Below are positions 1 to 8,829 of a stretch of DNA of 32,000 nucleotides, piece by piece. Position 1 is the stretch's first letter; each line of letters opens with the position of its first letter. Made by a program: the position numbers and the translations under genes. The DNA comes from Candidatus Saccharimonadota bacterium (GTDB taxonomy: Bacteria > Patescibacteriota > Microgenomatia > UBA1406 > GWC2-37-13): the NCBI GenBank assembly GCA_016700135.1, contig CP065004.1, forward strand, positions 630,001 through 662,000, in the 5' to 3' direction. The notes under the pieces were generated by a model. That model saw only the letters and a list, made by a program, of their open reading frames with translations. It was not told where the DNA came from and ran no database searches.

Positions 1-104
1 GTTTTTATGACGGTAAACTCGATGATGTTCGTATTTATAACTATCCCTTAACCACAACTCAGATAAAGGAACTATATAAAGGCGGAGCGGTTGTTTTCAA
101 GTGA
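1..104 (+). CDS. 3' end of a LamG / concanavalin-A-like lectin-fold surface protein (5' end lies outside the window)
   Basis: Frame 3 reads FYDGKLDDVRIYNYPLTTTQIKELYKGGAVVFK, then TGA at 102-104. This is the same closing signature (D-D/E-V-R/K-I-Y-N-Y ... Q-I-K..Y) that ends each LamG repeat of the next gene. It is missing from the ORF track because it has no start in the window. Confidence 0.7.
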   Translation, partial: FYDGKLDDVRIYNYPLTTTQIKELYKGGAVVFK

Positions 105-147
105 TATTTCTTCTTGTTCCTTCGATCAAAAACAGGTAGAATGAAGT

Positions 148-3100
148 ATGCTGGGACGACTTTCTGTACTAAAAGTAGTAAGGTTAAAACTTTCTAAATT
201 CTTTCGTTCGTTCATTTTGTCGCTCAAACGTATCCCTCACCTGCACAATAAAAGCGAATATAAAAAATTGCTCCGTTTACGGACAGCACTCATCGGTATA
301 CTCGGTTTAATAATCGGTATATCTCTGGTGTCGGTATTTCTCCTGAAAGGAAGAGGTGCTTCGGCAAACTGGTATAACGACAATTGGAAGTATCGGAAAT
401 CGGTTGCGCTTCCGAATCATACCGCTGAGGAAAGTAATGTGTTTATAACGATACCTATTGATACCGCGACTCTTATCAGTGCCGGTAAACTGCAGTCAGA
501 TTGTGGAGATTTTCGATTTACCGATAATACAGGGAAATTGCTCGAGTACTATATATCTTCAGGCTGCAACACTTCTGATACAAAAATTGACGTAAATATG
601 ACGACATATGGTGCGGGAAGTTTGGTTTTGCATGCATATTACGGGAACCCATTGGTTGAAAATGGCTTTAGCTTGACAGGATTCAGCACCAGTGCATCGA
701 ACAATGCTGCAACGATAAATTTGCAGGTTAACGCGAGTGGGAATGACGGAGATACTCAGATTGCCGGAGATCTTGATAACTCGCTGACAAGAGCATTTAT
801 TCCCATGGGTGTTTACAATGGGAATACCCATATGGCTGTTGTGCGATTCTTAGGCGCTTCTATTCCCCAAGGTACAACAATAACATCTGCTACGTTTACC
901 CTGACAGGATTAAATACGTGGGATTGCGGGGGTTGCAGTATGGATTACATACTATTTGGTGAAGATGCTGATACAGCAACTGCATTAACATTAGATAATA
1001 TGAATAATCTGACTCCTACTACAGCTAACGCTACTTGGTCTCTGCCAAGTGTGGTGGCAGAGTCCGAATATAGCAAAGACGTGACTAGTATAATTCAGGA
1101 AATAGTAAGTAGAGGAGGGTGGTCCACCGGGAATGCAATATCTATTATACTCGCCGATAACGGGAGTGATTACGGAGAATGGCAGGAGTTCTATTCCTAT
1201 GACGGCAGTACTTCAAAAGCAGCAAAACTTTCAATCACATATTCATCAGGTGGAACACCAGCATTCGGCTCAGAGGAAATTGCCCCGGGTCCGGCAGCAT
1301 ACTGGAGATTTGACGAGGGATATGGGACGGGCGTGAATGATACGTCGGGGAATTCACAGACAGGAACCTTGGGCACGGGATCGTCTGCCCCGACATGGAG
1401 ATCCGAAGAATATTGCCAGAATGGAAGTTGTCTGCAGTTTGACGGCACAGACGATTATATCCAATGGGCTGATAGCAGCACCCTTGATATTGAGAATGAG
1501 CTCACAATATCACTCTGGGTCAAGCCGATTTCACTCCAGAGCTCCACATATTACACGTTAGTTTATAAAGGAAACTCAACTAATGAGGTTAATTATTACT
1601 TTCAATTGTATGGGGATGAACTTAACTTCGGTACATACCAATCAGGATGGAGAGGAACAAATACAACGAATGCTGATATCCAGACGAACCAATGGTCTCA
1701 TGTAGTCGTGACTTATTCAGATGCCTCTGATGATATTGATTTTTATGTTAACGGGATTTTGAAATCAGATGATGGTTTCAGTCATAATCTAGTGCTTTCC
1801 GCTGATAATCAGCCGTTTTATCTCGGCTCTTCTGCCGCTGATTTGGAATTTTATGACGGGTTTATGGATGAGGTCAAGATATATCCATATGTCAGATCTG
1901 CAGATGAGATAAAACAGGACTATTTATTTTCCGGTGCAAAAGGAGCAGCTGCGGTACTGGGGACACAGGATCGATCTTTTTTATCTGAAGGGTTGGTGGG
2001 ATATTGGAAGATGGATGAGACTACAGGGACAACCGGTCCTAGTTGGACAGCTGTTGATTCGTCCGGGAACGGGAATAACGGGACCGGGGTAGGTGATGCC
2101 GGTCCCGGAGTGGGAAAGTACGGAAATGGCGGAAACTTTGATGGAACTGGAGATGAAATAGCCATTGGAGATAATACTTCACTCCGTCCTAATAGATTAA
2201 CAATATCATTTTGGGCAAACACATCTTCATTGGCTAGTAATGATCAGAAAACCATTACAAAAGGAGCTACTTCCTCACAAGAAACATATATAGTAGGACC
2301 ATATTTTGGAACATGGCGTTTTGTATTGCGTGACACATCTTACTCAATCTATGCACTGTCTGCAGGGTCCGGAATTACCACTTCGACATGGGAACATGTA
2401 ACAGCAACATATGACGGAGATTACATGAGAATTTATTTAAATGGAGAACTAAGTAATTCTGTACAGATAGGAGATAAAGATCTCTCACAAAGTACAACAA
2501 ACCTTGGTATCGGAGGCCCTGTGGATACAACTAGTTATAATTATTCAGGGGAAGTAGATGAAGTTCGAATTTATAATCGTGCGCTTTCTTCATCTGAAAT
2601 AAAGACCCTCTATCAATGGGCACCGGGGCCGGTTATTTATTATGATTTTGATCAGGGAACAGGGACGACAGCGGTAAATGACAGATCCGGTAACGGGAGA
2701 TCAGGTACCATGCAAAACTTCTCAAATAGTGCTTGGAAAGACGGAAAGTACGGAAAAGGACTACTGTTTGACGGATCAAGTACCTATGTCGGAGTGACAT
2801 CACCTTCGTTACCGACAGCAGACTTTACCTATTCATTCTGGGCAAATTTTAAAGATATTGCGGTAGGCGGAAATGAGGCTGTGCTTGATACCGGCGGAAA
2901 CGAATTCACAATTATTATTACAGACGGGAGTTTTAATATCCATACTAACGGGTCTTGGAGAACATATACCCCCACCAATGTAACTACAAATACATGGAAT
3001 TATGTTACTGTGAGTAGAAGTGGTTCGACTATTAGCGTTTATCTAAACGGTGAACTAGAAAATACGGCAACTGACGGAACCGCCTTTGATTTCAGTACCT

Positions 3101-5460
3101 GTGAGTTGCTTATCGGAGTAGATGCCAACTCCGGATGTAACGCATCACTGGCAGATTATTCCAATCTTGTAATGGACGAGCTCAAGATCTACAACTATGC
3201 GCGGACTCGTGATCAGATACTTCAGGACATGAATGCCGGACATCCCTTGATCGGGACACCGGTCGGTTCTTCATCACTTCATCTAAAATTTGATGAAGGA
3301 TATGGCACGACCGCAAATGATTCCAGTACGCAAGGGAATGACGGCAGTATATCAAGTGCAACATGGACTAATGACGGAAAATATGGCAAGGCTTTATCTT
3401 TTAACGGTACATCAGGGTATGTAAATGCAGGGTCTGATAGTTCGTTGGATGACTTGACAACAATGAGCGTGAGTGCCTGGATATATCCTACAGGCTACGG
3501 AGAGGGAAGTTACGGTCGGATTGTGAATAAAAGTGACACCTCGGGTACGAACTGGGGATTAACACTTGTGAATAACACATCACAACAAAGTATCCGTTTC
3601 TTTAAAGAACGAAACAGCGGGGCAAATGCGACACAGGTTACGGCCAGTGACGGCTCGATCCAATTGAACCAATGGTATCACGTCGTGGGTACCTATGATG
3701 AAAATGCCACTCCGCGCATGAGAATATTCATTAACGGACACGAGGCATCGTATTCCGAACAGATTGAAGGAACCGGATCTCCAGACAGCGATTCTACATA
3801 TAACCTCACGATAGGGAATCGTCTTAATGAAGATCGTACTTTTCAGGGAACTATTGATGAAGTGCTCCTGTATCCATTTGCATTGACAGCTGATCAGGTA
3901 AAAGTTTTAAACAATGGTGGTAAAACTCTTGTACTCGGGGCCAAGTCAACTGGAGTAGGCGGATCAGCTCCTTCAAATTCTGCCGGTCGTGAATATTGTA
4001 TCCCGGGAGATGCCAGTACGTGCAATGCACCGATTGCAGAGTGGAGTATGGATGATGGTGTGGTTGGTGCAAGTCAGACGATAGCAGATACCTCAGGAAA
4101 CGGAAATAGCGGAACAACACAAAGTTCAAACGGAACGGGAATGAATTGTACGACCCCCGGAAAAATAGGGAAAGGATGTACTCTTGACGGAACAGATGAT
4201 TATATACAGGTAACAGATCCCGGGACCGGCAGTATTCTTGATTTTTCAAATGGTGATCCTATTACTCTTGAAGCATGGATCAAACCTACTGCACTGCCTT
4301 CCTTAGGTACCTATCGCACTTTTTTAACAAAAGGGGGGATCTCAGACGGACAACTGAATTATTTGCTTGAGATAGGAAATGTGGGAGGAAGCGGCATTTT
4401 TGACTTCTGTTATAGCACTTCAGGATTTGCATATCATTGTTATGAACCTTCCGGTACAGTTCTTGATGTGGGTAAATGGCAACATATTGCCATGACGTTT
4501 ACCTTTGGAACAGGAAGCAGTATAAAACTATACAAAAATGGACAGTTGCTGATTGGAAGTTGGTCTTCAGGTGACGGTAGTGGAACACCAGCCGAGACGA
4601 ATCAAGATCTTTGGATCGGTGCTGATGGGACCCCCTCGTATTTTAACGGAGTAATAGATCAGGTTAAAATATATGACTATACTCGTACTCAGGCACAGAT
4701 TGCATGGGATTACAATCGTGGAGCTCCGATTGCATGGTACAAAATGGATGAATGCCAGGGGACAACTGTTTACAACTCTGCTCTGAATGCTGACGGGAAA
4801 GCCGCTGGGAACAACGGTACGCTTTCAATAGGAGGTAGCGGGGAAGATACCGTCGGGAACTGCAGTACTTCATCAACTGCTTGGGGGAGTGGAGCCACCG
4901 GCAAAATAAATTCTGCTGTTGATTTTGATGGTACTGATGATTATGTAGAAGTGGCAGATAATGATGCTCTTGATTTTGTTGACGGACGGAATTTGAGTAT
5001 TTCACTCTGGGTGAAACTTGATGCCGTAGCAAATGATTACACCATGTTGAGTAAAAAAACTTCGCAGGCCGCGTCTGATGCTGGATATATGATTTTCTTT
5101 AATGATCCATCAGATATTATTGATTTTCGTGTTGCGGATGGGACAGATCAGTTTATTGTGAGTTCTAAGGCAAATCTGATTTCAACAGGTACATGGGTTC
5201 ATATTACCGCTGTGTATGTAGACGGGGATGCAAGCGCATCGACAATTTACATAAACGGAAAAGCTCAGAAAGATAGTACAACCGGAAATATTGCGAGCGT
5301 TGATAGTCTTGCAAATTCCGTTGGACTTCGATTCGGAACGCAAGGGAATGGAAGTTCAGACTTCGACGGACAGATCGATGATGTACGTATCTTTAACTAT
5401 GCACTCACTGCTGAACAGGCAAAGCAAATCTACAACAACGGTGCCGTATCCTTCGAGTAA
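148..5460 (+). CDS. Giant (1770 aa) membrane-anchored surface protein: N-terminal TM helix, DUF2341-like domain, then six LamG (Laminin_G_3-like) lectin-fold repeats
   Basis: Uninterrupted 5.3-kb ORF. TM segment ALIGILGLIIGISLVSVFLL. NWKYRKSVAL...CGDFRFTDNTGKLLEYYI resembles DUF2341. There are six repeat starts of the type YW(R/K)FDEGxGT..DSSGNGN.G and six repeat ends: MDEVKIYPYVRSADEIKQDY, VDEVRIYNRALSSSEIKTLY, MDELKIYNYARTRDQILQDM, IDEVLLYPFALTADQVKVLN, IDQVKIYDYTRTQAQIAWDY, IDDVRIFNYALTAEQAKQIY. Confidence 0.9.
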   Translation: MLGRLSVLKVVRLKLSKFFRSFILSLKRIPHLHNKSEYKKLLRLRTALIGILGLIIGISLVSVFLLKGRGASANWYNDNWKYRKSVALPNHTAEESNVFITIPIDTATLISAGKLQSDCGDFRFTDNTGKLLEYYISSGCNTSDTKIDVNMTTYGAGSLVLHAYYGNPLVENGFSLTGFSTSASNNAATINLQVNASGNDGDTQIAGDLDNSLTRAFIPMGVYNGNTHMAVVRFLGASIPQGTTITSATFTLTGLNTWDCGGCSMDYILFGEDADTATALTLDNMNNLTPTTANATWSLPSVVAESEYSKDVTSIIQEIVSRGGWSTGNAISIILADNGSDYGEWQEFYSYDGSTSKAAKLSITYSSGGTPAFGSEEIAPGPAAYWRFDEGYGTGVNDTSGNSQTGTLGTGSSAPTWRSEEYCQNGSCLQFDGTDDYIQWADSSTLDIENELTISLWVKPISLQSSTYYTLVYKGNSTNEVNYYFQLYGDELNFGTYQSGWRGTNTTNADIQTNQWSHVVVTYSDASDDIDFYVNGILKSDDGFSHNLVLSADNQPFYLGSSAADLEFYDGFMDEVKIYPYVRSADEIKQDYLFSGAKGAAAVLGTQDRSFLSEGLVGYWKMDETTGTTGPSWTAVDSSGNGNNGTGVGDAGPGVGKYGNGGNFDGTGDEIAIGDNTSLRPNRLTISFWANTSSLASNDQKTITKGATSSQETYIVGPYFGTWRFVLRDTSYSIYALSAGSGITTSTWEHVTATYDGDYMRIYLNGELSNSVQIGDKDLSQSTTNLGIGGPVDTTSYNYSGEVDEVRIYNRALSSSEIKTLYQWAPGPVIYYDFDQGTGTTAVNDRSGNGRSGTMQNFSNSAWKDGKYGKGLLFDGSSTYVGVTSPSLPTADFTYSFWANFKDIAVGGNEAVLDTGGNEFTIIITDGSFNIHTNGSWRTYTPTNVTTNTWNYVTVSRSGSTISVYLNGELENTATDGTAFDFSTCELLIGVDANSGCNASLADYSNLVMDELKIYNYARTRDQILQDMNAGHPLIGTPVGSSSLHLKFDEGYGTTANDSSTQGNDGSISSATWTNDGKYGKALSFNGTSGYVNAGSDSSLDDLTTMSVSAWIYPTGYGEGSYGRIVNKSDTSGTNWGLTLVNNTSQQSIRFFKERNSGANATQVTASDGSIQLNQWYHVVGTYDENATPRMRIFINGHEASYSEQIEGTGSPDSDSTYNLTIGNRLNEDRTFQGTIDEVLLYPFALTADQVKVLNNGGKTLVLGAKSTGVGGSAPSNSAGREYCIPGDASTCNAPIAEWSMDDGVVGASQTIADTSGNGNSGTTQSSNGTGMNCTTPGKIGKGCTLDGTDDYIQVTDPGTGSILDFSNGDPITLEAWIKPTALPSLGTYRTFLTKGGISDGQLNYLLEIGNVGGSGIFDFCYSTSGFAYHCYEPSGTVLDVGKWQHIAMTFTFGTGSSIKLYKNGQLLIGSWSSGDGSGTPAETNQDLWIGADGTPSYFNGVIDQVKIYDYTRTQAQIAWDYNRGAPIAWYKMDECQGTTVYNSALNADGKAAGNNGTLSIGGSGEDTVGNCSTSSTAWGSGATGKINSAVDFDGTDDYVEVADNDALDFVDGRNLSISLWVKLDAVANDYTMLSKKTSQAASDAGYMIFFNDPSDIIDFRVADGTDQFIVSSKANLISTGTWVHITAVYVDGDASASTIYINGKAQKDSTTGNIASVDSLANSVGLRFGTQGNGSSDFDGQIDDVRIFNYALTAEQAKQIYNNGAVSFE

Positions 5461-6276
5461 TCAGAGTGTAAAAGAAGCATAGGGAATTTTTGACAGACCT
5501 TCCGTTACAAAAACAATAATTGAAAGTAGAGGATACACACTCCATGATGCGACAAAACCGAATTGCCAACTGATAAGACCAATCGGGATGATGATGAGTC
5601 CAAGTATCATGATTGGCGCAATGAGCCATGCTATAAGTATATTAGCAATCGGTGCGACAAGTGAAACCTGCCGAAAATAATAAAAGATAATCGGCACCGT
5701 AAAGACTTGCGCGGATAAAGATATTCGTAATTCTTCAAGCAAGTACGAAACCACTGAATTGGCCTTGACTAATTCATCTTGCGTTTTGTCACCATTTCTG
5801 ACAGGTGATCCGAATAATATAATACCCAGAGTCGCCGCAAATGAAAGCTGAAAGGAAATGCTGGTTAACCAGCTTGGATTTATCAAGATCATAGCCAAAG
5901 CAGATAGAAATAATGAGTAAATAGTGAGAGCCTTTCTGCCGAATAAAAGGCCAACAAGAGATAAGATCCCCATAATGCCGGCGCGTACTACAGGTGCTTC
6001 CGGGCCGACGAAAAATATAAAGCCCACAATAATCCCGATTGTCAGCATCATAGCTAACTTGCGTCCGATAAAAGGGACCATGATGCGTAAGATTATCGAA
6101 GATAGGAGTGTGATATTCATGCCGGACAAAACAACAATATGAATGAGTCCAACTGCTTTCAGTTGGTTGTAGAATGTGTCTGTCACGAAGAGGGGTCTTC
6201 CGAGCAGTATTCCGTTCATAAGCGAAGCATGAGGTTCGGGTAAGTATGAATTGAAAAGATCTGTTATCGTTTCCAT
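5461..6276 (-). CDS. comEC: ComEC/Rec2 DNA-uptake channel, competence core domain only (271 aa)
   Basis: YLPEPHASLMNGILLGRP...FYNQLKAVGLIHIVVLSGMNITLL is the characteristic start of the ComEC competence domain. The protein is polytopic and hydrophobic throughout. It lies immediately downstream of comEA with a 0-nt gap. Confidence 0.85.
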   Translation of the reverse strand: METITDLFNSYLPEPHASLMNGILLGRPLFVTDTFYNQLKAVGLIHIVVLSGMNITLLSSIILRIMVPFIGRKLAMMLTIGIIVGFIFFVGPEAPVVRAGIMGILSLVGLLFGRKALTIYSLFLSALAMILINPSWLTSISFQLSFAATLGIILFGSPVRNGDKTQDELVKANSVVSYLLEELRISLSAQVFTVPIIFYYFRQVSLVAPIANILIAWLIAPIMILGLIIIPIGLISWQFGFVASWSVYPLLSIIVFVTEGLSKIPYASFTL

Positions 6277-7011
6277 CTAAAGTGAAATATTGTCTTTGAT
6301 TTTCGCGTATGTTGACTGATTCATTACCTTTTTGTTCAACAAATCTTCAATTACGATATAAGGTCGATTTTCAATAATTTTCTGTACTGTCACAGAGCCT
6401 ACACCCGGCAATGTATCCAGTTCTTCCGCAGAAGCTTCATTGATGGAGACTGTCAGGCCTGTTTCTGTTTGTTTTGGATCGACAGGAAAGATTTCCGAAG
6501 ACATTTCATTGATCTCGCCCAACGGTTGCAGATACTCCAGTATTCGTTTGCGTTCGGTAAATGTTCCGAGCGCTATATCAAACATGAATGGAATGTATAT
6601 CTTATCCTGGTCGCCGACAAATCGTGCCATATTGAAGTTTCGTGCTACGAAATAACGGTCGGCTTCATGTGAAATACCGCCGGCCATCTCAACAAGATCT
6701 CCGATACGCGCTCCTGCGGAAGCTTCATATACTCCCGGATTATAAACCGCTCCCGAGACATCAACCGATACGGTTTGCCGGGGGATTGGTGTCGGAGACA
6801 GACGTTTTGATTCCGTTGGAACTGCAGCTTCCGACGGATGAAAGTCGAATTCGCGTTGCTGCACCAGGGAGACAACTGTGATGACTGCGGCAATTGCAAT
6901 AAGACAAATTTCAATGATATACCTGCGGAGAGAAGTAGCTGAAGAGATAATATTGTTATACAATGGTATAATATAATTCATGAGAACATTGTACCATATC
7001 TTTGCTTTCAA
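6277..7011 (-). CDS. comEA: ComEA-type DNA receptor (TM anchor, SLBB-like domain, C-terminal helix-hairpin-helix)
   Basis: VSVDVSGAVYNPGVYEASAGARIGDLVEMAGG is SLBB-like. The C-terminal INEASAEELDTLPGVGSVTVQKIIENRPY..IEDLLN is the ComEA HhH motif. The start could instead be the internal Met at MNYIIP. Confidence 0.85.
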   Translation of the reverse strand: MKAKIWYNVLMNYIIPLYNNIISSATSLRRYIIEICLIAIAAVITVVSLVQQREFDFHPSEAAVPTESKRLSPTPIPRQTVSVDVSGAVYNPGVYEASAGARIGDLVEMAGGISHEADRYFVARNFNMARFVGDQDKIYIPFMFDIALGTFTERKRILEYLQPLGEINEMSSEIFPVDPKQTETGLTVSINEASAEELDTLPGVGSVTVQKIIENRPYIVIEDLLNKKVMNQSTYAKIKDNISL

Positions 7012-7012
7012 A

Positions 7013-8044
7013 TCACTTTCTTAAGAGACGGAGAATTCGCGGGGTTGCCAGTAGCATCACAAAAAGTATCAGAACGTAAGCCGAATATCGGAAGGGGAAG
7101 ACATAATACCGGACAGAAACATTTTGTTGTTCGGCGTCATTACCTATCTGAAGATCTGCTCTCACTGTATATGAACCGATAAAACTGCCGGATACTATTG
7201 CTGTATTTGTGTTCGAAATCAAATTGTTTTCCGTACTTGTTCCTGAAAGGAGACGTTGAGAATCGGCAAGTATATACTGCTCGGGAATCGGGATGACAGT
7301 TGCTCCGGTCGAAAGGTTTGATTGCACGGACAGGGTTCCTGATGTTTGCAGTATCCGTTTTCCCTTATTTGCTACAGTCACGAGAATAGGAACGGGCTGA
7401 AAGCTGTCAAACAATGCCAGTTGGCGATTGCCTAACGAAAAGGTAAATTGCGGCTGTACACTAAACTGAGTTATTTCACCTGAGCTTGAAAGGTTACCGT
7501 CTTTACTGATAGACAGATATATATTGCTGCCGATCCCGCTTTGAAGGCTGATATGACTTGTATCTTCAAAACCTTCAGTAGGTTCAGATTCTACGACGAA
7601 CGTGAAATAATAATCTTCTTCCTTAAGATTTTCATTGGTGACCACAATTAGATCAAACTCAATAGCTTCCTGTGCGGAGATAAGAAACGGTTCACCTATG
7701 CGCAACGCAGCATCGGATGTAGTAAACACAGGAAAATCCGGTACGTCAGAGTAATACGGAACTAAGTCATATGAACCTCCTGAATCCTTCACGGACAACA
7801 GATACGGTTGTAATTTCACAACGGTCGGATCACCGGTATTTACCAGTGTATACGGAAGAACGATTGAGGCTCCCGGTTTTGCGATCACATGATTTTGAGC
7901 GGGCTTCAGGGAGAATGAAAATTGCTGTGCCTGTACTATGGATATCTGTGAAACAAACAGAGAAAGAACAACGAATACCCCGATAATATGAGTAGTATTT
8001 CGAATGATGTAGGGGATAATTTTCATATTAATAGGGAAGGGCAA
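7013..8044 (-). CDS. Hypothetical envelope protein: N-terminal signal/anchor, beta-rich ectodomain, C-terminal TM helix with a short basic tail
   Basis: 343-aa ORF. N-terminal HIIGVFVVLSLFVSQISIVQA, C-terminal YVLILFVMLLATPRILRLLRK. It has a 1-nt gap to comEA and a 17-nt overlap with the upstream ORF. I recognise no family motif with certainty. Confidence 0.7.
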   Translation of the reverse strand: MPFPINMKIIPYIIRNTTHIIGVFVVLSLFVSQISIVQAQQFSFSLKPAQNHVIAKPGASIVLPYTLVNTGDPTVVKLQPYLLSVKDSGGSYDLVPYYSDVPDFPVFTTSDAALRIGEPFLISAQEAIEFDLIVVTNENLKEEDYYFTFVVESEPTEGFEDTSHISLQSGIGSNIYLSISKDGNLSSSGEITQFSVQPQFTFSLGNRQLALFDSFQPVPILVTVANKGKRILQTSGTLSVQSNLSTGATVIPIPEQYILADSQRLLSGTSTENNLISNTNTAIVSGSFIGSYTVRADLQIGNDAEQQNVSVRYYVFPFRYSAYVLILFVMLLATPRILRLLRK

Positions 8045-8750
8045 ATAATGTTACAACCGATGAGTATGTCTCATCATTCAGTGCCTCTGTCACAATTTTC
8101 CAGTTCAGTGTAATACTGCTTCTTTTTGCCGGTTCTCCCTGCTTCAGAAGTGCTATGATGCCGTCAAAAGAGGGTGGGCGATAAAACGTTTTATCCTGAA
8201 AATCAGAAGGAGCATTATTCCCGGAAACTGAATAACCCCACCCGGGTATCTGTTCATTTTTCCAGGATTGGGCACGCAACGCGCTGCAGGTACGGCGGCT
8301 ATCGCAGCGTGTCGGAGGAATAGTGGTATCGTTTTCAGAGGAGAATGCGGCTTTTGCTTCCATTAAAACCTGAAATCCGGAGCTTTCGGCACTTATATGA
8401 ACGGAAGACTGTTCCTCCTGGACCGGTGCGGTCTCAAAAGAACTGAATGCAATTTGTGTACGATCGATCGAAAAAGAAATGGGTTGATCCTTACTCCGTA
8501 CCGTATATCCCTGTTCTTCGAAGCGTTTCCTTTCGGCAGTACTGAATGAACCGAACTTTCCGGAATCTGAGGCTGTTGACAAGTCAAGCTGCTCAAGCTC
8601 AAGGATATATTCCTGTCCCGGGGGAAGAGGTGTCGGAGTAGGGGAATTGAGGAGCAAATCAAGGTCAATTTGAGCGTGAACACCGGGTGCTGAAAACAAA
8701 CAATACGACGCCAGGCCTATGACGGAGATACAGAGTAAAAATCGGTGCAT
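8028..8750 (-). CDS. Hypothetical secreted protein (signal peptide, 240 aa)
   Basis: MHRFLLCISVIGLASYCLFSAPGVHA|Q looks like a Sec signal peptide. The ORF overlaps the downstream ORF by 17 nt, consistent with translational coupling. No recognisable catalytic motif. Confidence 0.7.
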   Translation of the reverse strand: MHRFLLCISVIGLASYCLFSAPGVHAQIDLDLLLNSPTPTPLPPGQEYILELEQLDLSTASDSGKFGSFSTAERKRFEEQGYTVRSKDQPISFSIDRTQIAFSSFETAPVQEEQSSVHISAESSGFQVLMEAKAAFSSENDTTIPPTRCDSRRTCSALRAQSWKNEQIPGWGYSVSGNNAPSDFQDKTFYRPPSFDGIIALLKQGEPAKRSSITLNWKIVTEALNDETYSSVVTLFALPY

Positions 8751-8772
8751 AGTATCATTTTACGATACTATC

Positions 8773-8818
8773 AAAAAAAACGTGGAACGTTCCTTGAAAG
8801 GAATCATTCCACGTTTTT
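8773..8818 (-). terminator. Rho-independent terminator downstream of rplA (hairpin flanked by an A-run and a T-run, so potentially bidirectional)
   Basis: acgtggaa (8780-8787) pairs with ttccacgt (8807-8814), and inner ttcc/ggaa pairing extends the stem. On the minus strand the stem is followed by eight U residues (A-run 8773-8780). It lies 12 nt past the rplA stop. Confidence 0.6.
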
Positions 8819-8829
8819 GGGTTTATCGG

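Noticed and set aside
559-5032. Short ORFs inside or antisense to the giant LamG gene (559-831, 1133-1336, 1197-1448, 1337-1561, 1920-2222, 3182-3364, 3851-4249, 4664-5032)
   Set aside because: All are fully embedded in a 5.3-kb ORF with strong domain signatures. Their translations are low-complexity or Cys/His/Arg-rich shadow products with no motifs.
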